Numbered from the stretch's first letter, positions 19,634 through 30,435 are shown. The stretch: 32,000 bases of DNA from Synechococcus sp. A15-28 (GCF_014280175.1 NZ_CP047931.1:1830001-1862000); one strand, 5' to 3'. Notes: a model not told the origin generated them from the letters alone. Translations and numbers: made by a program.

Positions 19634-20024
19634 GAGCGACGCCACCACCGAAGTTAAGGACCCCGCGACCGACGCGACCCCTGCGGTGGAAGCGTCTGCC
19701 ACCAGCTCCGAAGACACCACCTCCTTCACCGAGCGCTACAGCGAAGTGCTGGGCAAGGTGAACGAAACCCTCGACCAGGTCGACTGGAACCAGATGGGTC
19801 GCATCGGCAAGATCGTTGGCATCTTCGCTGCTGTGATCGTTGCTCAGATCCTGATCAAGGGCATCCTCGACACGATCAACCTGCTGCCCGTGGTTCCCGG
19901 TCTGCTGGAGCTGCTCGGCGTTGTGGTGGTGGGCCAGTGGAGCTGGAGAAATCTCACCACCAGCGACAAGCGCAGCGCTCTGGTGCAACGGGTGCAGTCC
20001 CTGCGTCAGGAATACCTCGGCTGA
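19632..20024 (+). CDS. CAAD domain / CURT1-like thylakoid membrane protein
   Basis: MSDATTEVKD...MGRIGKIVGIFAAVIVAQILIKGILDTINLLPVVPGLLELLGVVVVGQWSWRNL, CAAD-type two-helix region. Confidence 0.85.
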   Translation: MSDATTEVKDPATDATPAVEASATSSEDTTSFTERYSEVLGKVNETLDQVDWNQMGRIGKIVGIFAAVIVAQILIKGILDTINLLPVVPGLLELLGVVVVGQWSWRNLTTSDKRSALVQRVQSLRQEYLG

Positions 20025-20028
20025 GGTC

Positions 20029-20919
20029 TCAAGCGATCATCCGAGCCAGGCGCTTCAGGCAGTCCTGGCTCTGGGAGACGTATCCGCCTCCGAACAGGTT
20101 GGCGTGGTTCAGCAGGTGATACAGGTTGTAGATCTCGACGCGCTCCTCCCAACCTGAGCGAAGCCGGAGCACTGCGTCGTAAGCCGCGTAAAACGCTGGG
20201 CTGAATCCGCCGAACATCCGCGTCATCGCAAGATCCACCTCGCGGTCGGCCCACCAGCTGGCGGGGTCATAGAGGGCACCACGCCCATCCATCAGCACCC
20301 CTGCATTACCGCCCCAGAGGTCGCCATGCACCAGGGCGGGGCTGGGGGCATGGTCGTCCAGCCCCTGACGCAGGCCAGTCAGCAACTGATCCAGCCAGTC
20401 CCCCGGCAGGGAGAGATCCCCGGCCAGGGCCAACTGGGGCCGCAGACGCAGCTCCACAAAACAGGCCCCCCATTCATCCCGCCATCCCCCCGGCTGGGGG
20501 CCTGCACCGATGTAGCCATCGCGATCCCAGCCGAAGCGCTGGGGTGATGCCGCTTCCGAGGCCCGGTGCAGCAGTGCCAGGCCATGCCCAAGGGCCCGCT
20601 GATCGCTGCCGCTGAGCTCCAGCCAGGGCAGCAGCAGCACCGCTCCGCCGGGCAGGACTGACAGGGCCAGCGGCTTGGGCACCACCAGCCAATCCGGATC
20701 GGCCTGGGCATGCAGGGCTTCAAGCGCCTCGGCCTCCACATCAAACAGGGCCATGGCCTGGGTGTTGCCGCTCTTGGCGAAGAGCCGTTCGCCATCCGCC
20801 AACGTCAGACACCAGGCCTGGTGGATGCAGCCGCCCCCCACCGCATGCACATCCACCAGCTGGCGGCCCGGCAGCGGTCCAGTGGATGCCACCAGCTCCT
20901 GCCGCAGTTGAGGGTGCAT
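20029..20919 (-). CDS. Fructosamine kinase family protein
   Basis: C-terminal part of the 623-aa minus ORF: [68 protein letters not shown]. Confidence 0.88.
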   Translation of the reverse strand: MHPQLRQELVASTGPLPGRQLVDVHAVGGGCIHQAWCLTLADGERLFAKSGNTQAMALFDVEAEALEALHAQADPDWLVVPKPLALSVLPGGAVLLLPWLELSGSDQRALGHGLALLHRASEAASPQRFGWDRDGYIGAGPQPGGWRDEWGACFVELRLRPQLALAGDLSLPGDWLDQLLTGLRQGLDDHAPSPALVHGDLWGGNAGVLMDGRGALYDPASWWADREVDLAMTRMFGGFSPAFYAAYDAVLRLRSGWEERVEIYNLYHLLNHANLFGGGYVSQSQDCLKRLARMIA

Positions 20920-20970
20920 CGCCGGGAAGGATCGCTCTGTTGCCAGCATGCACCGGTTCAGGGGTGCGCT

Positions 20971-22473
20971 TTGACGGCAACCGGAGTGATCGTGATCGGT
21001 GGCGGCATCGCCGGGCTCACCGCAGCGGCGCTGCTGGCCAAGGAAGGTGTGCCGGTGACGCTGCTGGAGGCGCATCACCAGCCGGGGGGGTGTGCCGGCA
21101 CGTTCCGCCGCGGTCCGTGGACCTTTGATGTGGGCGCCACCCAGGTCGCCGGGCTCGAACCGGGCGGAAGCCATGCCCGACTGCTGCAGCATCTGGGCCT
21201 GCCCCTGCCGGAAGCCGAGATCCTTGACCCCGGTTGTGTGGTGGATCTCGGGGATGGCTCGGAGCCCATCCCCCTCTGGCATGACCCCGAGCGCTGGAGC
21301 GAGGAACGCCGTCGCCAGTTCCCCGGCAGCGACGCCTTCTGGCGCCTTTGTGAGCTGATCCATCGCAGCAACTGGGGCTTCGCTGGTCGCGATCCGGTGG
21401 TCACGCCGCGATCTTTGTGGGACCTCCGCCAACTGCTCAGCGCCCTGCGCCCGATCACCGTGGCCTCGGGTCTGCTGACGGGACTGACCATGGCCGACCT
21501 GCTCGGCCTCTGCGGCTGTGGCGACGACCCACGGCTGCGACGGTTCCTCGACCTCCAGCTCAAGCTGTATTCCCAGGAGCCCGCAGACCGGACCGCGGCT
21601 CTCTACGGCGCCACGGTGCTGCAGATGGCGCAGGCACCGCTGGGGCTCTGGCATCTGCATGGCTCGATGCAAGTGCTCAGCGATCAGCTGGTGCAGGCGA
21701 TCGAAAACCAGGGCGGCCGCGTGCTGATGCGCCATCGGGTCACCGGCCTCGAACCCACCGACGAGGGCTGGCGCGTCGTCGTGGACAGTCCCTCCGGCCG
21801 GGATCAGATCCACACAGCCGCTGATCTGATCTGCAGCCTGCCGCCCCAATGTCTGTTGGATCTGATCCCCGAAGCGGTGATGCCCAGGGGATACCGGCAA
21901 CGCCTGAGCCAGCTGCCGGAGCCCAGTGGCGCACTGGTGCTCTATGGCGCCGTGCGACGGGAGGCGTTACCCAGCTCCTGCCCGGGCCATCTGCAACGGG
22001 GGGCTGACGATCCGGGCTCTCTGTTCGTCTCGATCAGCCGGGAGGGTGACGGTCGGGCCCCGAAAGGTCAGGCCACCGTGATCGCCAGCGTGTTCACACC
22101 CACCGCGGACTGGTGCAGCCTCGAGGAGGAGCCCTACCAGGCCCGCAAAAGCAAGCGCCTGGACGCCATGCGCCGGGAGCTCAACCACTGGCTTGATCTG
22201 AAGCCCCAGGACTGGTTGCACGTGGAACTGGCTACGCCCAGGGGATTCGCCGGTTGGACCGGTCGCCCGCGGGGCATCGTGGGGGGACTCGGCCAGCATC
22301 CGAGCCGTTTCGGGCCCTTCGGGCTGGCGGGGCGGACGCCGATGCCAGGCCTTTGGCTCTGCGGCGACAGCCTCCACCCCGGCGAGGGAACGGCGGGCGT
22401 CAGCCTCTCAGCCCTCAATGCCTGCCGGCAGCTGGTGGCAGCGCGGGGCGGAGAGCTGCAACTCAGGGGTTGA
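20971..22473 (+). CDS. crtD: CrtD-like C-3',4' desaturase / carotenoid isomerase-family FAD oxidoreductase
   Basis: [44 protein letters not shown]-terminal [26 protein letters not shown]. Start TTG 20971 or GTG 20986. Confidence 0.78.
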   Translation: MTATGVIVIGGGIAGLTAAALLAKEGVPVTLLEAHHQPGGCAGTFRRGPWTFDVGATQVAGLEPGGSHARLLQHLGLPLPEAEILDPGCVVDLGDGSEPIPLWHDPERWSEERRRQFPGSDAFWRLCELIHRSNWGFAGRDPVVTPRSLWDLRQLLSALRPITVASGLLTGLTMADLLGLCGCGDDPRLRRFLDLQLKLYSQEPADRTAALYGATVLQMAQAPLGLWHLHGSMQVLSDQLVQAIENQGGRVLMRHRVTGLEPTDEGWRVVVDSPSGRDQIHTAADLICSLPPQCLLDLIPEAVMPRGYRQRLSQLPEPSGALVLYGAVRREALPSSCPGHLQRGADDPGSLFVSISREGDGRAPKGQATVIASVFTPTADWCSLEEEPYQARKSKRLDAMRRELNHWLDLKPQDWLHVELATPRGFAGWTGRPRGIVGGLGQHPSRFGPFGLAGRTPMPGLWLCGDSLHPGEGTAGVSLSALNACRQLVAARGGELQLRG

Positions 22474-23380
22474 ATTCAGCCTCTGTATTGAGAAAACCAG
22501 GCCGCAGGGCCTGCGTTCGGCTCAGTTCCTTGTGCAGCTGATCCCAGTTGGTTTTGATCACGGCATCCTCGAGCTGCTCCAGACTCCAGCGGTAGGCCGC
22601 CAGGGCCTTGAGCACCGCCTCGCGGTTGCTGCTGGCCATGGCCACCCCCAGGTCGGGATTGCCACCACCGACGCGGCTGGTGTCCGCGAAACCACTGGAG
22701 GCAAGGGCCTGGGCCAAAGCGCGGATCTCAGGGTCGCGTTCGTCACCGGCAGCCCGCAGCAGAGCCGCGCTGACCAGCACTGGCATGTGCGAGATCATTG
22801 CCACCGCCTGGTCGTGTTGGGAGGCGGCGGCCGTGAACCAACGGCTGCCGAGTCGCCCGGCCAGGTCTTCGACCACCGCCAGTGCCTTGGGATCAGTGTC
22901 GGCATCCGGGGTGGCAATCCAGGGACGCCCCTGGAACAGATCGCGCTGACCCGCCTCCACGCCGGCCTGGGCTGTTCCCGCCATGGGGTGGCTGGCCACG
23001 AAACCAGGGTGGCGATCGTTCCAGGTGTCGAGCACCGGCTGTTTTACCGAAGCGACGTCGGTCACCACCGCATCAGCGGGCAGGGCCGCCACCAGCTCCG
23101 CGGGCGGATGAAGCAGCGCTGGAATCGGCAACGCCAGGATCACCAGGTCGCAGTGGGCCAGGCAGGAGGGATCAGTACTCACCGCAGTGACGAGTCCTCG
23201 GTGCATCGCTCGTTCCGCAGTGGCCGATCGGTGAACCAGACCTTGCACCTCGATGCCCTGGGAGAGCAGGTCCAAACCGATCGATCCACCGATCAGGCCG
23301 AGACCGACGATGCCAACGCAGCCCGAATCCCTACCCATGCCGTTCCACGCTCCTCGGGTCATGTTGGTCGATCGATTGCG
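22463..23380 (-). CDS. tyrA: Prephenate/arogenate dehydrogenase
   Basis: [69 protein letters not shown]. Approximate start; the ORF track extends to 23443. Confidence 0.88.
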   Translation of the reverse strand, partial: RNRSTNMTRGAWNGMGRDSGCVGIVGLGLIGGSIGLDLLSQGIEVQGLVHRSATAERAMHRGLVTAVSTDPSCLAHCDLVILALPIPALLHPPAELVAALPADAVVTDVASVKQPVLDTWNDRHPGFVASHPMAGTAQAGVEAGQRDLFQGRPWIATPDADTDPKALAVVEDLAGRLGSRWFTAAASQHDQAVAMISHMPVLVSAALLRAAGDERDPEIRALAQALASSGFADTSRVGGGNPDLGVAMASSNREAVLKALAAYRWSLEQLEDAVIKTNWDQLHKELSRTQALRPGFLNTEAEFNP

Positions 23381-23420
23381 ATGAACCGTTTGGGCATCGA
23401 ACTCTGCGTAGGGTTCACCG

Positions 23421-24866
23421 ATGCTGGAAGCCCAAGCCCACACTCACCTGAAGTCACTGCTGCGGCAGGGTGAGTCGAACTGGCCCCATCACCTGACCCT
23501 CAGCCGACTGGTGGGTCGCAGCCTGAGACGGGGCGATCGGACCCTGCTGCGCCTGGCACCGAACCAACGGGAACGTTGGTGGTTGGGGTTGCTGATGCCG
23601 CTGTGTCTGCAACCCAGCAGCGCCGTGCTTGTGCTCACCCCACAACAGCGACAGCGACTGCTGCAGGTGGAACGCCCTCGCCTCGCAAAACAGGGGTTCC
23701 GACTGGCCTGCTGGGAAGGCAACACCCCCCCGCCGCAGGATCAACTCTGGCTGCTGGACCATGCCGGCCTGATTCAGGCGCATCGCCAAGGACTGCTGGG
23801 CGAGCGTCAGTTACTGCTGCCAGGCATCGATCAGCTCAGCGAGCAGCTGCGGCGGTGCATGGCCATCCGCTTGGATGCAAGCCACTGGCAACAGCTTCGT
23901 CTCGCCCTCCCCCAGGCAGAAAAGCCATTGCTGGAGTTGCATGAACGCCTCAGCAGACAACTGTTCCGGGAGGCGCCACGGGTGGATGCCTGCATTCGCC
24001 TCGACAACAGCGCCTGCCAGAGCCTGCGGGATCTGCTCGGGGTCATGGGGCCCTGCCCATCGCCCTGGTCAGAGCTGCTCGCCTGCGATCCCCGCGAGTG
24101 GGCGAACTGGGCTGAGCTGGATCACACCATGCTGCAGTGGAGTTGGTGCCTGGAACCCCTGGAACCCCTGCAACAACTGCAGGGGCTGCTGAGCCAGCGC
24201 CCAGCTTTGATGCTCAGCGACAGTGGCGACAGCGCCCGGCTGGAACAGGAGCTGCTGGAGGCGAACGCCCCGCCCACGGTCACCGCGGTGCTGCGGGAGG
24301 CGGAACTGGAAGAGCCTCTGCCGTTGTTTGCCCCCAGGCGTCAACCAACACCCAACACGGAGATCTACGCCCAGCATCTGCTCGAACAAAGTCGGCGACT
24401 GATCCTGGGGCGGACAGGTCTCACGGTGCTGTTGCTTGACGATCCCAGCCTGCGTCGATCGCTCACGGCATCGTTGGCCGCCGAATTCGGCACCCGGGTT
24501 CAGGATGAGTGCACCGCACCGGAGGTCAACGGTGTGGTCAGCGGCAGCTGGAGCTGGTGGTTGCAGCACCTTGACCAGTTGCCGGAGCCTGAGCAGATCA
24601 TCATCGGCCTGTTACCGCTCGCCAGCCTCAGCAACCCGATCACAGCGGCTCGGGTGGAACGGTTGAAACACGACGGTGCGGATTGGTTCCGCTCCCTTTT
24701 GCTGCCGGAGGCGCTGCGGCAGATCCCTGCCGCCGTGGCCCCCCTGCGTCGTTCAGGGGGCAGGCTCGCCGTTCTGGACGGTCGCCTGCGCGGGAGGAGC
24801 TGGGGCGATCAGGTGCTGCAGCGCCTTGAACCCTGGAGGCCGCTTCAACGGTTGCTGCCCGACTGA
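23421..24866 (+). CDS. DinG-like helicase-family protein, apparently degenerate
   Basis: C-terminal WFRSLLLPEALRQIPAAVAPLRRSGGRLAVLDGRLRGRSWGDQVLQRLEP resembles motif VI of DinG-type helicases; no readable Walker A. Confidence 0.5.
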   Translation: MLEAQAHTHLKSLLRQGESNWPHHLTLSRLVGRSLRRGDRTLLRLAPNQRERWWLGLLMPLCLQPSSAVLVLTPQQRQRLLQVERPRLAKQGFRLACWEGNTPPPQDQLWLLDHAGLIQAHRQGLLGERQLLLPGIDQLSEQLRRCMAIRLDASHWQQLRLALPQAEKPLLELHERLSRQLFREAPRVDACIRLDNSACQSLRDLLGVMGPCPSPWSELLACDPREWANWAELDHTMLQWSWCLEPLEPLQQLQGLLSQRPALMLSDSGDSARLEQELLEANAPPTVTAVLREAELEEPLPLFAPRRQPTPNTEIYAQHLLEQSRRLILGRTGLTVLLLDDPSLRRSLTASLAAEFGTRVQDECTAPEVNGVVSGSWSWWLQHLDQLPEPEQIIIGLLPLASLSNPITAARVERLKHDGADWFRSLLLPEALRQIPAAVAPLRRSGGRLAVLDGRLRGRSWGDQVLQRLEPWRPLQRLLPD

Positions 24867-24916
24867 ACTCAGCCGGCTCAATCCTGCATAAACTGACCGG
24901 AGGACAACTTGATGGG

Positions 24917-25165
24917 ATGGGAGAAGCTCGCCGCCGGTCAGCCCAGGGCCTGCCACCACGCCAACCCAAAAAAGGAGTCTCGTCCCAAGACACCTCCCCC
25001 CGGATCGTGTCCTGGATCCCCCTGACCCGAAATCAAGCTCAGCAGTTTGTGGCGGTCACCACCCGCGGCGCATGGATCGGGATCGGAGCCATGGTCGTGT
25101 TCTGGGTGACGGTTCGCTTCATCGGCCCTGCTGCGGGCTGGTGGACCCTGGCGGACACGCCCTGA
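24917..25165 (+). CDS. DUF2839-like small membrane protein
   Basis: 82 aa, ...PPRQPKKG...WIPLTRNQAQQFVAVTTRGAWIGIGAMVVFWVTVRFIGPAAGWWTLAD. Confidence 0.65.
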   Translation: MGEARRRSAQGLPPRQPKKGVSSQDTSPRIVSWIPLTRNQAQQFVAVTTRGAWIGIGAMVVFWVTVRFIGPAAGWWTLADTP

Positions 25166-25207
25166 CCCGCAGAGCCGCGCAGAAACTGAAGGAAACCTTT
25201 AGCGTGG

Positions 25208-25221
25208 GTCTTGATTAAGAC
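25208..25221. promoter_or_regulatory. Short inverted repeat upstream of the DUF1815 gene
   Basis: GTCTT-gatt-AAGAC, starting 20 nt before the ATG at 25228. Confidence 0.35.
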
Positions 25222-25227
25222 TCAGGC

Positions 25228-25584
25228 ATGTTTCCCCGTCTCGCCGAGCACTATCGCTCCGTGGTCCAGGATCTCGTGATGAGCCTGCAAGCCCTCGCTT
25301 CTGGGTTGAAAGCGTGTGGAGTGACCGCCAGCTGCTACTCCTGCGGGGATGGCGAAGATGGCCATGGGGCCTCATTCGTCGCCGACCTTGGTGAAGGTCA
25401 CGTGGTCCGCTTCCTCGTGTCGGATTTCGGCATCAGCTGGGTGGAATCCCGCAACGGCCATGAGCTGGTGAAGCTGGAAGGCGCTGAAGCCATCCAGGAA
25501 CTGCAACGGATGACGGAATTGCTCCACCAACAGCGACATGCGGACAGCACAACAAGCGAACTGTCCGCAACCACCCTCGCTTGA
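25228..25584 (+). CDS. DUF1815-like conserved cyanobacterial protein
   Basis: 118 aa, MFPRLAEHYRSVVQDLVMSLQALASGLKACGVTASCYSCGDG...FLVSDFGISWVESRNGHELVKLEG. Confidence 0.7.
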   Translation: MFPRLAEHYRSVVQDLVMSLQALASGLKACGVTASCYSCGDGEDGHGASFVADLGEGHVVRFLVSDFGISWVESRNGHELVKLEGAEAIQELQRMTELLHQQRHADSTTSELSATTLA

Positions 25585-25585
25585 A

Positions 25586-26713
25586 TCAGGCCGCAGCCTC
25601 GTCCGCCGCGGCCTTGGGAGCTGAGCTCGCCGCAGATCGAGCCGCTGCAGCAAGGGGTTTCATCGAGTTGGCCTTCACTTCAGACCCCTCAACAAGCTTC
25701 TGACGCACCAGCTGCTCGATGGTGACGGCTGCCTCGGGGTTCTCCTCCATCCAGGTGATGGTGTTGTCCCGCCCCTGACCGATGTTGTCGCCCTCATAGC
25801 TGTACCAGGCCCCCTTGCGGATGACCACACCGGTTTCTTCCGCCAGATCCAGCAGACACCCCAGGGTGCTGATGCCGCGACCGAACAGGATGTCGAATTC
25901 CGCGATGCGGAACGGCGGAGCCACCTTGTTTTTGGCCACCTTGACCTTGGCCCGGATCCCGAATTCCTCCGTCCCTTTCTTCAAGGTCTGGATCCGGCGG
26001 ATGTCCAGTCGAACGGAGGCATAGAACTTGAGTGCGTTGCCGCCTGTGGTGGTTTCAGGGTTGCCGTAGGTGACGCCGATCTTGAGGCGCAGCTGGTTGA
26101 GGAAGATCACCGTGCAACCGGATTTGCCGATGTTGCCGGTGATTTTCCGCATCGCCTGACTCATCAGGCGGGCCTGACTTCCGACGGCCAGATCCCCCAT
26201 CTCGCCTTCGATCTCAGCCCGCGGCGTCAGGGCAGCCACCGAGTCGATCACCACGATGTCCACCGCCGCGGAGCGGACCAGCTGGTCAACGATCTCCAGC
26301 GCCATCTCACCGGTGTCCGGCTGGGACACCAGCAGGTTTTCCACGTCCACGCCGAGCGAGGCGGCGTAAACCGGATCGAGGGCATGCTCAGCGTCGACGA
26401 AAGCGGCAACACCACCACGCTTCTGCACCTCAGCAATGGCATGCAGGGTGAGGGTGGTCTTACCGGAACTCTCCGGTCCGTAGATCTCAACGACACGTCC
26501 CTTGGGATAGCCGCCCCCCAGGGCCAGATCGAGGGTGAGGGCACCGGTGGAGATGGTTTCCACCCGCATCCGGGAGGCGTCGCCAAGGCGCATGATCGAG
26601 CCCTTGCCGAAGTTGCGCTCGATCTGGCCGAGCACCAGATTCAGCGCCTTGTCGCGCTCACCGGAGGAACGGGGATCGGAACCGGAGGCGGCGGATTTCA
26701 TCTCTGCAGGCAT
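25586..26713 (-). CDS. recA: Recombinase RecA
   Basis: [79 protein letters not shown]. Confidence 0.98.
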   Translation of the reverse strand: MPAEMKSAASGSDPRSSGERDKALNLVLGQIERNFGKGSIMRLGDASRMRVETISTGALTLDLALGGGYPKGRVVEIYGPESSGKTTLTLHAIAEVQKRGGVAAFVDAEHALDPVYAASLGVDVENLLVSQPDTGEMALEIVDQLVRSAAVDIVVIDSVAALTPRAEIEGEMGDLAVGSQARLMSQAMRKITGNIGKSGCTVIFLNQLRLKIGVTYGNPETTTGGNALKFYASVRLDIRRIQTLKKGTEEFGIRAKVKVAKNKVAPPFRIAEFDILFGRGISTLGCLLDLAEETGVVIRKGAWYSYEGDNIGQGRDNTITWMEENPEAAVTIEQLVRQKLVEGSEVKANSMKPLAAAARSAASSAPKAAADEAAA

Positions 26714-26777
26714 GGAAGCAACCTGAAACTAAGGAACGAGAGATCCAATGCCACAGAAGCGCCGAATCGTCTCAGGT

Positions 26778-26791
26778 AGTACAGACGTACG
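26778..26791. promoter_or_regulatory. Candidate cyanobacterial LexA (SOS) box upstream of recA
   Basis: AGTACAGACGTACG; 13 of 14 positions fit the published cyanobacterial consensus RGTACNNNDGTWCB; 65 nt upstream of the recA start. Confidence 0.65.
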
Positions 26792-26799
26792 CTAACGGA

Positions 26800-27549
26800 T
26801 CAGGGCCAGTGCGCCAAGGGGGCCGCCAGTTGATCCGGGTCAATCAGCCGGATCCCTGGCGGGAGCCCCTCGCGATCGGAGGGCTTGAGATAGCCCCAGC
26901 TCGCCAGCCAGCACGGCAGCCCCTGGAGCCCCTCGGTGTCACGCACCGTCTCGAGGGTGGCGCGGCGGTCCTCGACAAAACCCGCCAGCACCCGTTCCCG
27001 CTGAAGCCTCAACAGCACCTCCGGCTTGGGACCGGCTTCCCGTCCATCCAGGCGCCAGGGCTGCAATCCAAGGCTCTCCAGCAACTCAGCGGTGAACGCT
27101 GCTGTCTTGGCGGTGAGCACAGCCCAATCCAATCCCTCACCTGGAAGAGCCTGGAGTCGATCCACCAGACCGGGGAACGGTTGATGCAAGCCAAGCCATG
27201 CGTCGCGATCCGTGCCGACCGCCTGCTGCCGTGTCTGATCCAGAGCCTCCTGCAGTCGGGTGGCGGACCAGCCACGCCGCTGAAGGGCCCCGGCCTGCTC
27301 CGCGGAGTAATCCGTGGTCCAGCGTTCGAGATCCAGTCGAGGCATCTCAGCCGCCAGCAGCACCATCTCCCAGCCGTGATGCACCCAGGGCCGCAAGCAT
27401 CGGAACCCCTCCGGCACCTCGTGGGGATCGAGCCCGTCGGGGTCCCCATGGAGCCGCTGGGCGGCCATCGAAGCACTCCACCAGTATTCCGCCATCCCAT
27501 CGACGATCACACCGTCGAAGTCGAAGACGAGGAGAGGACGTGCCGTCAT
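26800..27549 (-). CDS. HAD family hydrolase
   Basis: LLVFDFDGVIVDGMAEYWWSA, WAVLTAKTAAFTAELLESLGL, GPKPEVLL, VEDRRATLE. Confidence 0.85.
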   Translation of the reverse strand: MTARPLLVFDFDGVIVDGMAEYWWSASMAAQRLHGDPDGLDPHEVPEGFRCLRPWVHHGWEMVLLAAEMPRLDLERWTTDYSAEQAGALQRRGWSATRLQEALDQTRQQAVGTDRDAWLGLHQPFPGLVDRLQALPGEGLDWAVLTAKTAAFTAELLESLGLQPWRLDGREAGPKPEVLLRLQRERVLAGFVEDRRATLETVRDTEGLQGLPCWLASWGYLKPSDREGLPPGIRLIDPDQLAAPLAHWP

Positions 27550-27558
27550 GACTGAAAA

Positions 27559-27630
27559 CTGGGCCGCTAGGATTCGAACCTAGGAATGGCGAGACCAAAA
27601 CCCGCTGCCTTACCGCTTGGCGACGGCCCA
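27559..27630 (-). tRNA. tRNA-Gln (anticodon TTG)
   Basis: Reverse complement TGGGCCGTCGCCAAGCGGTAAGGCAGCGGGTTTTGGTCTCGCCATTCCTAGGTTCGAATCCTAGCGGCCCA folds as a tRNA with anticodon TTG. Confidence 0.95.
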
Positions 27631-27721
27631 ATGATCCGGACAACTCCGCTCTGAAACGGTGCTCCGGCCTTCCAATAGTTACCCATATAAGGCAGACCTT
27701 CGTCAATCCATCGACGGGTGC

Positions 27722-29365
27722 TCAGGGGGGGAACACACGCAGTCGGCAATGCCCGGCCTGGCCGAACACATCACTGCGCAACCGGTAACGCTGAACGAGA
27801 TCAGCCTGCATCCGGCGGACCCGTTCGGATCGCGGCAACAGTTCCACCGGCCGCCCCTGGGGCATCACCACCTGCTCCACGGCCAACCGACACTCCTCGA
27901 GGCCCGCCAGTTCATCGTCCTGTCCATCAACTGAAACCGGGTCTGGCTCCTCCTGATCCGGACCCTGGCGCCGACTGAGCAGCCGCTCCAGAGCGCGCTC
28001 CACCTGGGGCAACGTGTCGGCCTTGATCACCAGGATCGGCACCTTCAGCTCACGGGCCTGCCGCCGCAGTGACGGTTCACGCCCCAGGCCCTGACGGATG
28101 CTCAGCACCACATCCGCATCCGAGAGATCCTCCACCAGCTGCACGGGCCAGCCATGACGCCGGGTCGACTCCTCCACCAATTGCGGTGTGATTCCGCAGC
28201 AGAGCAGCTGCAGGTCGTCGCTGGCGGACCTGGCCTCCTCCTCCGAATCGATCTCAGTGCCGCTGGGAGGCGGGTCGACAGGCGGACGCATCGGCACCGC
28301 AGCCAGGGCCGGCCGGTTCTGCAGCCCAGGCTGTGCCAGCAGGCGGGGACGCCGCTGATCCGGTGGATCCACGAACCGAACAGCGCCATCGGCCGCCAGC
28401 TCCCGCTCCTGGGGCCGAGGCTGCAGACCCCGCAAGAGCTGGTCCACCGTGGAGGCCACATCGGTATGAATCGACCAGCGCTGGCGGCTGTGCATCTCCA
28501 CCGCCACGGGAAAGGTTGGATCGGCAGCGCGCTCGAGCACCGTTTTCTGACTGCGTCGTCGCCGGGCCTCATCGTCACCGAGGGTCACCGACTGGATGCC
28601 CCCCACCAGATCACTGAGGGTGGGGTTCTTGATCAGATTGGCCAGAGCATTGCCGTGGGCCGTGGCCACGAGCATCACGCCCCGCTCGGCAATGGTGCGA
28701 GCTGCCTGAGCCTCCAGCTCCGTACCGATTTCATCGATGACGATGACCTCCGGCATGTGGTTCTCCACCGCCTCGATCATCACCTGATGCTGCTGTTCGG
28801 GTCTGGCGACCTGCATCCGTCGGGCCCGGCCGATCGCTGGATGGGGGACGTCTCCATCGCCAGCGATCTCATTGCTGGTGTCGATGATCACCACCCGTCG
28901 CTGCAGGTCATCCGCCAGCACGCGGGCAATTTCGCGAAGTGCGGTGGTTTTGCCCACGCCCGGGCGCCCCATCAGCAGCAGGGACTGACCACCATCCAAC
29001 AGGTCCCGAACCAGGGCCACGGTGCCGAAGACAGCACGACCGACCCTGCAGGTCAGGCCCACCACATCCCCCCGTCGGTTGCGGATTGCGCTGATCCGAT
29101 GCAGGGTCCGTTCGATTCCAGCTCGGTTGTCTGCGCCGAAGCAACCCAGCCGGGCCACCATGGCGTCCAGGTCGTCTCGGGTGAGAGGGACCTCGCCAAG
29201 GGCCAGAGCCTGACCGGGGTAACGCGCCTCAGGAACACGCCCAAGGTCCAGCACCACCTCAAGCAACTGCTCCCGGCGCTCCGCCGGGCCAAGGGCGTCC
29301 CGCACCGGATCGGGGAGCAGGGCCAGCAACCGCTCGAGATCGTCTGTGATTCGTTGTGTCGTCAT
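27722..29365 (-). CDS. ycf45: Ycf45-like / SpoIIIAA-type AAA ATPase, R3H-associated
   Basis: MTTQRITDDLERLLALLP..., LLLMGRPGVGKTTALREIARVLADDLQRRVVIIDTSNEIAGDGDVPHPAIGRARRMQ, VIVIDEIGTELEAQAARTIAERGVMLVATAHG. Confidence 0.82.
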   Translation of the reverse strand: MTTQRITDDLERLLALLPDPVRDALGPAERREQLLEVVLDLGRVPEARYPGQALALGEVPLTRDDLDAMVARLGCFGADNRAGIERTLHRISAIRNRRGDVVGLTCRVGRAVFGTVALVRDLLDGGQSLLLMGRPGVGKTTALREIARVLADDLQRRVVIIDTSNEIAGDGDVPHPAIGRARRMQVARPEQQHQVMIEAVENHMPEVIVIDEIGTELEAQAARTIAERGVMLVATAHGNALANLIKNPTLSDLVGGIQSVTLGDDEARRRRSQKTVLERAADPTFPVAVEMHSRQRWSIHTDVASTVDQLLRGLQPRPQERELAADGAVRFVDPPDQRRPRLLAQPGLQNRPALAAVPMRPPVDPPPSGTEIDSEEEARSASDDLQLLCCGITPQLVEESTRRHGWPVQLVEDLSDADVVLSIRQGLGREPSLRRQARELKVPILVIKADTLPQVERALERLLSRRQGPDQEEPDPVSVDGQDDELAGLEECRLAVEQVVMPQGRPVELLPRSERVRRMQADLVQRYRLRSDVFGQAGHCRLRVFPP

Positions 29366-29388
29366 CACGGCGTCCCCCGAACCCGCTT

Positions 29389-30435
29389 TTAGCAGGAGTG
29401 TTCCATCCCCGGCCGTCGCCGCCATGGCTCCACCAGGGAGCGGGCCAGCTCCAGCCCCGCCTGCCAGCCTTCAGACCAGTGACGCAGAGATGTGCCCCTG
29501 GACTGCGCCTCATGGATCAGGGGCATCAGCAGGCGACGAGCCATTCCTCCGAAGGCAACCCCAGCAGGGCGCTCGTCAGCCCGCAACAACTGCACGGTGC
29601 TGGCATTGGTCCCTCCGGCCAGTTGCAGCGGTCCAGGCGGTGCCAGCGGCCGCATCCGTCGCCACAGCTGCACCGCAACCCGAGCGGTGCCAGCACCGAC
29701 ATCACCACTCATGGGGCGTCCATCCAACTGCCAAAGCGGGCTGAATCCCCAGCGGCGCAGGCTGGAATGACGTCGCCAGAGTTCCTGAGCCAGCGCAGAC
29801 GGGGTGATCCCATGCCCCTCCAAACCGCAACTCACGGCAAGACGCTGGAGCGGCACCCCTGCAGCGGACAGCTCCGCCAGTAGGGCATCAAAGGCGTCCC
29901 CCCGTCCAGGGGCAGTGTGCACCTCCACCGCATCAGGGCGCATCGCTGCCAGCTGCTCGGCGATCGCATCGGAACCGAGGCGGTGGTCGCGCTCTTCGAT
30001 CAGGCCCAGCGGACAGCTCGATAGGCAGCGACCACAGCCGTAACAACGCAGCTCGTCCACCGATCCCACCGCTGCGATCGCCTCTGCAGGACAGACCCGC
30101 TGACAGGGGCGAGGACAGTCGACCGGACAACGGGCAGGGTCAAACCAGGCCTTGCGGAAGTGGGCATCACTGCCGTCACTGACGCTCACCATCAGCCATG
30201 GCCGCGCCAGGCCGTTCTGATCCAGCCACTGGAGCCCCTGCCGAGCCGCCCTGACAACCGCTGGGTCGGCTGCGACATCGACGCAGTCGATGCCTGCAGC
30301 TCCGTAAACGGCGCAGAGATCGGTGATCGCCGGCAGATCCTGGTTGCTGGCACCGCAGATCAACTTGACCCAGTGGCCCTGACGCAGGGCCTCCTGCGGA
30401 TTCAGCTGGCCAGGAGGCCGCTCATCGGCTGCCAT
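29389..30435 (-). CDS. ldpA: LdpA-like iron-sulfur protein (circadian clock input)
   Basis: [72 protein letters not shown]; adjacent to ndhN. Confidence 0.83.
   Translation of the reverse strand: MAADERPPGQLNPQEALRQGHWVKLICGASNQDLPAITDLCAVYGAAGIDCVDVAADPAVVRAARQGLQWLDQNGLARPWLMVSVSDGSDAHFRKAWFDPARCPVDCPRPCQRVCPAEAIAAVGSVDELRCYGCGRCLSSCPLGLIEERDHRLGSDAIAEQLAAMRPDAVEVHTAPGRGDAFDALLAELSAAGVPLQRLAVSCGLEGHGITPSALAQELWRRHSSLRRWGFSPLWQLDGRPMSGDVGAGTARVAVQLWRRMRPLAPPGPLQLAGGTNASTVQLLRADERPAGVAFGGMARRLLMPLIHEAQSRGTSLRHWSEGWQAGLELARSLVEPWRRRPGMEHSC

Noticed and set aside
20920-21900. N-terminal extension of the 623-aa minus ORF containing the fructosamine kinase
   Set aside because: The extension is antisense to the crtD-like coding region; the kinase homology starts at MHPQLRQ (about 20919).
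22418-23473. Plus-strand ORF opposite tyrA (351 aa)
   Set aside because: Antisense shadow; tyrA on the minus strand has clear NAD-binding and prephenate dehydrogenase motifs.
28154-29392. Plus-strand ORF opposite the ycf45-like ATPase (412 aa)
   Set aside because: Antisense shadow of a gene with intact Walker A and B motifs on the other strand.
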